DNA from: Octopus sinensis
Lineage: Eukaryota
Direction: 5' to 3'
NCBI RefSeq assembly: GCF_006345805.1
Contig: NC_043006.1
Span: 83,886,001-83,950,000 of the forward strand
DNA length: 64,000 nt
Shown: positions 23,090 to 34,936 of the stretch, in pieces
Position numbering within the stretch: the stretch's first letter is position 1
How the letters are laid out: each line of letters begins with the position of its first letter
Program-made: the position numbers and the translations under genes
Notes under the pieces: generated by a model
What the model was told of the DNA's origin: nothing
What the model saw: the letters and a program-made list of their open reading frames with translations, nothing else
Databases searched by the model: none

Positions 23090-26029
23090 AATTGAACCTA
23101 GATCTTCATGACTATGAAACCAATATTTTAATCATTTGGCCAATAGTTATATATATTTAAATGTATACTGACGAAGTGCCAATCAGTCTCTAACTGTGGA
23201 AGAGTTAGACCCAGGAAGACATGGGATGAGGTGATGAAGCATGATCTTTAAATGTTGGGCCTCACAGAAGCAATGACAAGTGACCGAAACCTTTGGTGAT
23301 AGGCCGTGCTTGAGAAGAACCATCAAGCCAAGGGAATTCGCAGTTGAGGCCAAAGCCAGTGATGTGTAACTGACATTCATTCCAGTTCATGTGTGTGTGT
23401 GTGTATGTGTGTTCATCCCTTTCATCACCACTTGACAACTGGTGTTCATATGTTTATGTCCCCCATAACTTAGCAGTTCAGCAAAAGTGGCCAATAGAAT
23501 AAGTACTAGGCTTCAAAACTATAACGTCCTGGCTTGATTTGCTTGACCAAAACCTTTCAAGGTGGTGCTCCAGCATGGCCACAATCAAATAACTGAACCA
23601 AGTTAAAAGAATAAAAAAACAAAAAAAGGAAAAATTTGACACAATAATCTGAATACTAATGGGTTAAACAAAATTATATAAAAATTAAATATAAAAAGAA
23701 ACATTCCAGTATAATAGTCTCTCTCAAATGTTGTACATCTTTCAGAGGTTTGCACTTGCCCTTCTGAAGACTGTGCTGTATTGTAGGCTCAAGACTGCAG
23801 ATTCCGCTTCTCTAATGTAGACTATGATTCCTCTAAATCTGGCCGGCTGTTCGGCTTATCTGAGAGGTTACCAGTCAGGAAGTCACTATTGGCACTATTA
23901 ATCAAATGGTGGCCTGCAAGGGCGTAAATCTGAATCAGAGATAAGAGAGCTGAAAATTTATGTTAGTGTGGTGGTGGTGGTGGTGGTCATGGTTGTGTCA
24001 GTGTTGATGGCAGTAGAGGTTGCAGTTGTGATGATGGTGGTGGTGGTGCTTCTAGCAGTGGTGTGAGAGAGGAAATGAGAGAAATGGATATGGTGATGAC
24101 TACAGTAAGCAGAAGTTGAGCCAACAAAGAAGTCACTATGTTGATCACTTGATATGCTAGAAATAGCTACCCAAATCCTCCTCCAATCACAACCTACAGG
24201 CTTTCAGAAAAGAAAGAAAACATATATTGGATAATTTAGTTTTACACACCTCTAAAAAAGAAGACAGGTTGGTCATGTCACAACTGGTATACCTTTGATT
24301 ACGGGTCTGCTCAATGAGGGTGACCTGACAGGGCTAAACCACAACCAAATTGAGGTAAAGGGACAGAGTATTGTTTCTGTCTCAGGACAATGACCAATAA
24401 GAGAAGGTACAGTAAATTTAGAGTAATTTTAAGGGCCAAGTGTTGTTTGAATCAGTCTGTAATCAAGGGTGTAGGGTGCATGTATCTATGCATGCACATG
24501 CATATACACGATGAGTTTCTGTGGATTCTATTTCCTAAATTTCAATTTGTGGTAAGAAGCTTGCTTGCCAACCACATGGTTCCGGGTTCAGTCTCACTAC
24601 ATGGCATCTTGGGCAAATGTCTTCTACTATAGCCTCAGACTAACCAAAGCTTTGTGAGTGGATTTGGTAGACAGTAACTGAAAGAAGCCTGTCATATATA
24701 TATGACGATGATGATGATGATATATGTGTGTGTGCGCCTTCGTGTCTGTGTTTCTCCACACTCCCACTATCACCACTTGACAAACAGTGTTCGTGTGTGT
24801 TTACATCCCCGTAACTTAGCAGTTCAGCAAAAGAGACTGATAGATTTAAGTAATAGACTTAACAAAAAAATAAGTCCTGGGGTCAATTTGTTCGGCTAAA
24901 ACCCTTTGAGGCAGTGCTCCAGCATGGCCACAGTCAAATGACTGAAACAAGTAAAAGAATAAAAGAATATATAACCTAAGACTACACTTGAAGACATTTC
25001 CTGAAGGTATTGTGCAGTGGGACCAAACCTGGGACCACATGGTAGTGAAGTAAACTTCTTATCCACACAGCCATGCCTCTGTCCTATTTCTTTTTTCTCT
25101 CTTGAAATGATATAAATGCCAGCTGTAGATTTGAACTCAAAATCTAATGGATAAAGCTAACCAAGCACCCATTATCCCATGTCTTATCCATGTGGCCACT
25201 CTCACCCCTATCATTATGGAGATTATGATGGGAATGATGTAAAAGGTCAAAAGATAGAGAGAAAAAGGAAGAGATATGGGTGGGCGAAAACTTGAGAGCC
25301 AAGTAATCTTGGAGAGAAAGAGGATTTGGAAGGGTATGGAAGAGAGATGTATTGAAGAAATAATTATTACAGAGGTCATGGGAAAGTAGGATGGAGAAAT
25401 GGTAAGTGGCTGGGCTGTGAGTGAGTGAGTGTGTGTGTGATGTATATGTGTATGCATATATGTGCATATATATATGTTCTTACATTTGTGTGTGTGTGTG
25501 TGTGAATGTATGTATGTGTTTGAATATATAAGTCTATGTATATATGCAAATGTGTGTGTATATATGTCTGTGCGGATGTGTGTGTGTGGGAGTCCGCACA
25601 CTCCTATACACATAGACACACACACAAGTATTAGAATGTAAGAGAGAAAACAGGACCCTGCACAAGAGTCGTAGTGGGATCACAGGCACTCTAAAAAAGA
25701 AGTTAGACTCCATAAACTGCAGGTGCAGAGGGGTGGGCTGTGAAACTGATATTTAAGTTATCGACCCCAAAAGGATGAAAGGCAAAGTCGACCTCGCATG
25801 AATTTGAACTCAGAACGTAATGGCAGATGAAATACCGCAAAGCATTTTGCCCAGCGTGCTAACGTTTCTGGCAGCTCGCCGCCTTCAGCACATGCAATAT
25901 AGCCACTGTCTCTCTCTCTCTCTCTCTAATACCCAAGATGCTCTCTTAAAGTAACTGATAGTTTCTGTTTCTGAGAAGAGTTAATTAACAGGTGAAGTGA
26001 CTGCTCAGAAAGCACAGTAACCAAAAAAA

Positions 26030-26165
26030 GTGTAGGCAGCTATTATCTCTGTTGGCAACAAAGGTCTTGTCCTTGAGAGTAAAGGGCAGATTGTGTGATG
26101 CAAAGGTACTGAGTATGATGTTGCATAGTAAAATGATATGGGTCTTGAATGCAGAGGATTCCTGA
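26030..26165 (+). mobile_element. RTE LINE ORF2 fragment
   Basis: LATKVLSLRVKGRLCDAKVLSMMLHSKMIWVLNAED. Confidence 0.7.
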
Positions 26166-26423
26166 AGATTAGAAAGAAATGAAATGAGCATACTCTGTTG
26201 GTTGTGTAATACTAGAGTCCTTTCAGCCCTTCAGGGTTGATAAAATAAGTACCAGTTGCATACTGGGTTGATCTGACTTATGCCCTCTCTTAAAACTGCT
26301 AGCCTTGTGCCAAAAATTTGAAGCCAAAGGCAGCAAGCTGGCAAAAGTGGCCCCTGTAAATGAGGGAGAATAGAAGCCAGAGTGGGCAACGATTCCGGGT
26401 GATTGAGATCAGGGATGCTAAGA

Positions 26424-26462
<39 letters not shown>

Positions 26463-26469
<7 letters not shown>

Positions 26470-26965
26470 TCATCATCATTTCACATCTGTTTTCTATGCT
26501 GGCATGGGTTGGACAGTTTGACAGGAGCTGACCAGCTGAAGGAAGGGTTGTTCAGGCTCCATCTCTGATTTGGCCAAGTTTCTATGGCTGTATGCCCATC
26601 CTAATGCCAAACACTTTACAGAGTGTACTGGGTGCTTTTTCGCAGCACCAACATGGGTGCTTTTTACGTGGCACCAGCACCTACAAGATTAGGGATGCTC
26701 AGCCGGAGAGGGTTGCCTGTATGCAAAGACAACCATGTTTTTACTTAGCTTGATGTGTCCTTTCAAACACAGCAAAACATCGGGAGTCTCAGTCCCCTGT
26801 CATCCCCTCTGTGAATCCCAACGTCTTCCTGGGTCTACCCCTTGCACATGTTTTCTCTACAATTAGCGATTGGCACCTCTTGATGCAACTGTCTTCATAC
26901 GCATTACATGGCCATACCAATGCTATCTTCTCTCTTGCACACTACATCTAATGCTACATGTACCC
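26463..26965 (-). mobile_element. 5'-truncated RTE LINE with 3' UTR and (GAT)n tail
   Basis: WYGHVMRM / DSCIKRCQSLIVEKTCARGRPRKT, followed by the common 3' UTR repeat ending in gatgatgat. Confidence 0.8.
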
Positions 26966-26988
26966 AGTTTTTCTCTCAGATATATAAA

Positions 26989-27346
26989 TCAGGTCATCCC
27001 ATAAGTTCTGTCCAAATTTTGAATAAAGAAAACAAGTGATCAAATGTTATATTTAATTGAAATTTAATCATCAATGTACTTTCCCTGATTATCTATGACT
27101 TCCTTCCATCTATTTACAAGCTTTTTAATCCAATCAATGTAAAACTCTTGGTTTCAAAGCAAAGAACTCTGAAATGTCAGTTTCAACTTCCTCTTGGCTT
27201 GCAAAAGTTATGTCCCCCAAATGATTCTCTAAACTACGAAACAAATGGTAGTCTGAAGGAGCAAGGTTGGGAGAATAAGGTGGATGAGGAATTTTTTCCC
27301 ATCCAAGCTCTTCGATCTTCTGTGATGTGATCTTTGCAGTGTGGGG
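26989..27346 (-). mobile_element. Truncated copy of the same mariner (one TIR plus transposase C-terminus)
   Basis: Highly similar to 3997-4350. Confidence 0.9.
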
Positions 27347-28426
27347 TCACAAAGACTGAAACCTGTACTAAAATGTTCTTCATGATAAAATTATTTTAGC
27401 ATTTTCTACCTTGTCTTATTTTCCTTATATATATTAACTTGTGTATTACTTTTCAACAACTTTCTACACACATATGTATGTGTGTGTGTGTGTGTGTGTA
27501 GAATCTTCTTATATTTATTTCAGTCATTTGACTGAGGTCGTTCTGGAGCACGTCTTTGAAAGGTTTTTGAAGCCTAGTACATATTCTATCAGTTTCTTTT
27601 GCTGAACTACTAAGTCATTGGGATGTAAAAACACAACACCAGTTGTCAAGTGATGGTGGGACACATACACACATATATATACACGATGGGCTTCTTTCAG
27701 TTTCTGTTTACCAAATTCCCTTACAAGGCTTTTGTTGGTCCAAGACTGTAGTAGAAGATATTTGCTGAAGGTGCCACACAGTGGGACTGAACCTGGAACC
27801 ATGTGGTTGGGAAGCAAGATTCTTACCACACAGCTATGATTAGATTTATATTGTCTGCTGTAACCAGTCTTGGAGACCTGATAGTAAGTTTTATATTACA
27901 GAAGAAAATTCAAATAAAAACTTCATTTTCTCAAATTAATCTTTCTACCAACGTTCACCTTTTACATCTCTGCCTTGTATAAATTATTCAGATCTTTCCA
28001 TTTACTATAGCTGAAAAGTGGGAAGATGAATGACAAATTTTTTTTAGTGTATGTCAGGTTTTTTCTTTTTTTTTTTTTCCTAAGCAGCTTATAATTTCCA
28101 TTTGAAATACCAGCCTGAGGGAGACTGCAAAGGTCACGAAATAGGACTTACTCTCATCATTAAACCATAAAAAATAAAATTTAAATTTAGAAGAAAAAAA
28201 AACAATTGAAGACATTTTCTTTCTTATATCGCAGTCATGGCTACATAGTTAAAAAGTTTGTTTTACAGCCATACGGTTCTGTTTAATCTCAGCATGCAGA
28301 AGTCTGGTGTGTGTGTGTGTGACTGCGTGGTAACATGTTTACTTCCCAACCACATGGTTCTAGGTTCAGTCCTTCTGCATGGCATCTTGGGCAAGTGTCT
28401 TCTATCATGGCCTCAAGCTGACTAAA

Positions 28427-29926
28427 GCCTTATGAGTGGATTTGGTAGACAGAAACTGAAAGAAGCCTGCTATTAAACATTCCTGTCTGATGTTCTAACA
28501 ATCCTGCCACAAGGCCAGCAATTTTAGGAGGGGGTGGGGTTACAATTACATCAACACCAGTACTTGGCTGGTGCTTATTATATTGACCTCAAAAGGATGA
28601 AAGGTAAAATTGACCTTAGTCAAATTTTATCTCAGAATATAAAGATGGACAAAAGGATACTAAGCATTTTGCCTGGCAAGCTACCAATTCTTCCAACTCT
28701 CCACCATAATGATAATAATGATAATGATGATAATAATAATGCCCAGATGCAGTACCTGGCAGTGGCTTTCATGGCTTCTCAACTGATTGGAAGTGTTATC
28801 ATGTACATTGTTTTGTCTTAGTATAAAAGATGGGCTACAGCAAATATTCTGCTCAATACCACAGATTTGCTTGTCAGTTGTTTGACCTTAACCAGTTGAG
28901 CAAGTCCCTTAGTGACTGACGATATGTGCATCTCTGACCACGATCAGAAGTAGTAGGGGAGCACCATAGCCATGTGTTGAGAGGGATTCTTTGGGGTTTG
29001 AATAATTCACCTCTGGAAATATGGGTGTTTTGTTCAATATCCTTGAACAACCCTTATTCAGGGACCTTTTGAGCAGGTTGGGCTACTCGACCTGAAAAAA
29101 ATTCTAACTGGGCCCCACCTGCAAGGTCATGTGCTGTTTATCTTGATATGAGATCACCATGTTGCGCATATATGGTTGTGATGCATGTGATGCCTTATGA
29201 GTGGATTTGGTAGACAGAAACTGAAAGAAGCCTGCTATTAAACATTCCTGTCTGATGTACTAACAATTCTGCCACAAGGCCAGCAATTTTAGAAGGGGGT
29301 GGGTTACAATTACATCAACACCAGTACTTGGCTGGTGCTTATTATGTTGACCCCAAAAGGATGAAAGGTAAAATTGATCTCAGCCAAATTTTATCTCAGA
29401 ACATAAAGATGGACGAAATGCTACAAAGCATTTTGCTTGGCATGCTACCAATTCTTCCAACTTTCCACCATAATAATAATGATAATAATGATGATGATAA
29501 TAATGCCCAGATGCAGTACCTGGCAGTGGCTTTCATGGCTTCTCAACTGATTGGAAGTGTTATCATATACATTGTTTTGTCTTGGTATAAAAGATAGGCT
29601 ACAGCAAATATTCTGCTCAATACCACAGATTTGCTTGTCAGTTGTTTGACCTTAACCATTTGGGCATCTCTGATCACGAGCAGAAGTAGTGGGGGAGCAT
29701 CATAGCCATGTATTGAGAGGGATTCTTTGAGGTTTGGCTAATACACCTCTGGAAATATGGGTGTTTTGTTCATCATCCTTAAACAACCTTTCTTCAGGGA
29801 CCTTTTGAGCAGGTTGGGCTACTCAACCTAAAAAAAATTCTAACTGGGCCCCCACCTGCAAGGTCATGTGCTGTTTATCTTGATATGAGATCACCATGTT
29901 GCGCATATATGGTTGTGATGCATGTG
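28427..29926. repeat. ~765-bp tandem duplication
   Basis: gccttatgagtggatttgg at 28427 and 29192; both units run through SINE pieces and the TAA-flanked repeat. Confidence 0.9.
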
Positions 29927-30023
29927 CCTGGTGTACCCTTATCAGACAGATAGTCATGAGTATACTGGGCTTCATATATTTTACCGCAATGTCACTTCGA
30001 TGGCATGCACTGCTCTCTCAATC
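29505..30023. mobile_element. ~520-bp repeat inserted in (TAA)n
   Basis: Copies at 28741-29190 (truncated) and 55914-56450; TAA runs on both flanks of the complete copies. Confidence 0.75.
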
Positions 30024-33000
30024 AATAATAATAATAATAATAATGATGATGATTTCAAATTTTGAGGGAGGGGATAAGTTAATTACATCAACCTCAGTAC
30101 TCAACTGGTACTTATTTTATCAACCCCGAAAGTACAAAAGGCAAAGTTGACCTCATTTGAATTTGAACTTAGAATGTGAAGACAAATGAAATGTCACTAA
30201 TTCATCCAGTGTGGTAATGGTTCTGTCACTCCACCATAATAATAATTCTTTCTATTATAGATACAAGGCCTGAAATTTGAGGTGAGAGGGCTAGTTGATT
30301 AAATGAACCCAAAGCTCAATTGATAATTACTTTATCGATCCTGAAAGGATGAAAATCAAAGTCAGTCTTGGCCAAATTTGAACTCATAATGCAAAGATAG
30401 ACAAAATACCTCTAGGTATTTTGTTCAGCATGCTAACAATTCTGCCAGCTCACCACCATTATAATACTAAAACAGATAAACAACATGATGGGGGAGGGGA
30501 AGGGTTAGTTGAAAGACCTGTATATTCTGATATTAGTAGAATTTGGCAACGTACCAAGTGAGAGGAAATTTAATATTATTCCAAGGACAAGTTGGCAGAT
30601 TCTGTAAGAAGTGGAGTGAGATAGTTGTTGATAAACTGATAATAAATAACTCTCGTATATTGAATTATTCATGACTTTATTGATATAGTATGGTCACTTG
30701 ATGCTTCAGGGCATTAGTTATCAGCAGGTAATGCACACACATACACACATATGCTCCCACACGTATCTGTTATTAATACATTCAAATTACTGTTATGAAT
30801 GTATGTATAAAGGGAACAAGCTGGTAGAGTTGTTAGAGCAACGGAAACATCTTGCTTTGTGGTATTCCCTCTGGCTATTCACGTTCTGAGTTCGAATCCT
30901 ACCAATGTTAACTTTGCTTTACATTCTTTCTGGAGTTAATAATATAAAGGTCCAGCTATGTATTGGGATGGACAGTATCAACTAACCTTGTGCCCAACAA
31001 AATTTAAGTCCTTGTGAGTGGATTTGGTACAGTAAAACATTCTTGTCTGGTGCACTGACAATTCTGCAGCAACGCCAGCAATTTCAGGAGAGAGGGTTAG
31101 TCAATTACACCGATCCCAGTACTCAACTGTTACTTATTTTATTGACCCTGAAAGTATAAAAGGCAAAGTTGACCTCAGCCGAACTTTAACTCGAAACATA
31201 ATGATGGATGAAATGCCATTAAGAAATTTTTCCCATTATGTATGTATTTGGCAGGGAGTTGACAGAATCATTAGCATGCCAAGTAAAATGCTTATGCTTA
31301 GCATTTCATCCGCCTTCACATTCTGAGTTCAAATTCTGCTGAAGTCAACTTTGTCTTTCGTCCTTTCGGGGTTAATAAAATGACTACCTGGTGAACACTG
31401 GGATTGATATACACAACTTACCCACTCCCTTGAAATTGCTGGTCTTGTGCCAAAATGTGAAACCATTATGAATGTGTGTATATGACCCCTATTTTCGCTG
31501 GATATCTTACTCTGGCTTGTCTCTGGATCATGTCAGTAGGGTGGAGAAGGTTTGAGAGGTGTTGTGCAAGCTTTATATCTATAAAACTTAAAATGTCTCT
31601 GAGTATATGTATGTTTTTTCCACACTTTTCATCCGATTTTGATGAAATTTTTTTTTATTAAATGGCAAATTTACCCAGACAGGTCACTGCTGCATTACCA
31701 ATGCCTAGAGATACCCCCGCTTTTTGAAAAAAAAGGCAAAAGTTGCATGCAAAAAAAGTTTTTACAGTAATGTCCAATTTTTATAATTTTGGTGTCAATA
31801 GGACCGTCATGTTGTGACATTTCAGACAAATATTTTGGCACTGCCTTGGGGCCTCTGATTCCCAAGAAAATTGTGAAAAACTTTGAAAAAAATTGATTTT
31901 TTGCATTTTTGCAAAGTTACACGGTAGAAAACTTTTTACTGGAAAGTCCGATTTCCTTGGTTTTTATGGATAAAAACTCACCATGTAACAGCAGTTCTAT
32001 CAAGTATCTGTTCTATGTCCAAAGGCATCACTGTGTGATGAAAAACTGAAAAAATCGGTTATTTTCAAATTTTGCATCTTGAGAACGGCCAGAGAGAATA
32101 AGTACCAGCTTTTAAAAAATTAGTACTGGGGCCAATTCATTTGACTAAAAATTCTTCGAGGTGGTGCCCCAGCATGGCCACAATCTAATGACTGAAACAA
32201 GTAAAAGATAAAAGATATTAAATTATTTTTAAACAAATAAAAATATTTCACTGTCAGACAGGCCTGTGCAAAGCTGGTAATAAAGCCCACCCAGGCCTTA
32301 TTGTGGCCCAAAGCTGGTAATAAGGCCCACTCAGGCCTAATGTGAAATGCTCATTGACTCCATTTTAAACTTTCCATAAGTGTTAGAATGGTGAGTGCTA
32401 AAGACACAATGACGGTGATATCTTTTGGGTTTTACTTGTTTCAGTCATTGGATTGCAGCTATTCAAACCCCAGGATTTATGAGGGATTTTTTTTCTTTCT
32501 TTCCTTTTTTTTTTTAAGGTCTGGTATTTATTCTATAAGTTTCTTTAGCTGAACTGAGAACAAATTCCAATTGATGCCTGCAAGGATGGAAAAGTGAACA
32601 TTAGAACAATGATTTTCTATAAGATTTATCTCTGTAGAGATAAACATTAAAATAATGAGAACATTGCACTGCTAACACAAAAGTAAAAGCACAATATTGA
32701 CTTGTAAAACCTTTAATATACTTGGTAGTATATTATGGTTGGAAATCAAAATACAATGTCCTTGCTAGCAATTAAAATTGGTTTCAAATTTCGGCACAAT
32801 GTTATCAACTTTGGGGGAGGCTACTAGTTGATTACATCAACCCCAGTGCTTGACTAGTGTTTTTTTTATTGCCTCGGAAAAGATAAAAAGCAAATTCAAC
32901 CTCAGCAAAATTTGAACTCAGAACATAAAGACATGCAATACTACAAGGCTGCTTGCCATCATAATACTGGTTTCATATTTTGGCACAAGGCCAGCGATTT

Positions 33001-34547
33001 CAGGGTAAGGGGTATGTTGATTACATCAACCACAATGCTTGACTCCAAAAGGATGAAAGGCAAAGTCAACCTCAGTGGTATTTGAACTCAGAATGTGAAG
33101 ACGGATGAAATGTCACAAGGCATTTTGCCCAGTGTGCTAACGATCCTGCCAGATCGATCGCTAACTTAAGCTAGCAATTCATATTAAAACAATGGTGATG
33201 AACTTGGAAAGAAATTTCAATAAACTATGAATACCCGCACACCATTCTGTGTGTCACCCTTTAAGCTAATAACAGATACCAGGGAAATAAACATGAAGTC
33301 AGAACAGTTGTATTGTAGATAAAAATAGCCTAAGGTTTGTAAGTTTGTTTATAGTTCTGCTAAAGTATTATGTTCAGCATGGTTGCACACTTAATGATCC
33401 ATAACCACCATGCAACAGTACACCTGAAAGTATTTATTCAACACCATACACCAAGGAACCTAACTTAAATTATTTATTCAAAGCCATGCTTTCAACAGAA
33501 AGGTCACCTTGATAGCATTTCTTTTTGTTTAGTTTTACTTTTGTAAATTTTTTTATGAGTATCAGGTGTTGAAAATTATCTCAACTGCATAATTATGTTT
33601 TGTTTTGTTACTATTCCATATTCATTCTCCCATCCCACAAACTCTTGTTGAAAAGACATGTCACAGAACAAAATTGGATTCTTAAAACAATTTTGTATAT
33701 GTGTGTGTGTATGATTCAGTTTACAGGAGTGGGAGGGGTGAGAGAAAGAACAATAGCCTCAATTTTTGGCAGGACCTTACAGGCTAGTGTCCTTGGTGGT
33801 GGTGGTGGTGATAGCACAGTAGTGACAGTGGTGGTGACAGACCAGGACCCTTGGGTTACTCTAGCAGGAAGGATCACATCAGAATATGAAGTTACTCTTA
33901 TTAGACAGATGCCTGGCCCCAAATGCTTGCAACAGAGTAGACTCTGCTAAAGGCACTCCCTGCCCCCCCCCCCAAGGGCCTAACTGGTAATGTGAAATCC
34001 AGCCTGTGATTGAAGACTCCCAGCAAAGAAAGGATAACAGTATACAATCCATCCAATGAAGTCTAACATAACTTTACCAAATTTCACAGTTTTACTCAAA
34101 GGGATGGTTTGACCCAAGTGGCTGCTCTTTGATATGGAACTTCAAACAAAGTGATTGCAAAACCAACTTTTTAATTACACAACCATGTCTGCATCATAAA
34201 TATGAGTTAGCATTAATTCATGCTGGTGCCACATAAAGAGCACCCGAGCTGGTGCCACGTAAAAAAACATGTGCTGATGTCACGTAACAAGTAGCCATGC
34301 TGGTGTCATGTAGCAAGCACCTGTGCTGGTTCTACATAAAGAGCAGCTGTTCTGGAGTCACATGAAAAGCACCCAGTATGCTTTGTTAAGTGGTTGGCAT
34401 TAGGAAGGGCATCTAGCCATAGAAACCATGCCAAAACAGACAATTGGAACCTAGTGCAGCTCTCTGGCTTGCCACCTCCTGTCAGACCACCCAACTCATG
34501 CCAACATGGAAAACAGACATTAAATGATGATGATGATGACCATATAT

Positions 34548-34936
34548 AGGCGCAGGAGTGGCTGTGTGGTAAGTAGCTTGCTTACCAACCACATAGTTCT
34601 GGGTTCAGTCCCACTGCATGGCACCTGGGGCAAGTGTCTTCTACTATAGCCTCAGGCCGACCAAAGCCTTGTGAGTGAATTTGGTAGATGGAAACTGAAA
34701 GAAGCCTGTCGTGTATATGTATGTGTGTGTATATGTTTGCGTGTCTGTGTTTGTCCCACAACATCGCTTGACAACCAATGCTGGTGTGTTTACGTCCCTG
34801 TAACTTAGCAGTTCAACAAAAGAGACCGGTAGAATAAGTACTAGGCTTACAAAGAATAAGTCCTGGGGTCAATTTGCTCGACTGAAGGCGGTACTCCAGC
34901 ATGGCTGCAGTCAAATGACTGAAATAAGTAAAAGAG
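34548..34936 (+). mobile_element. SINE family A, full length
   Basis: Same head and tail as 7900-8322. Confidence 0.85.

Noticed and set aside
25985-26191. Minus-strand exon candidate with a strong acceptor
   Set aside because: It is the antisense of an RTE LINE fragment
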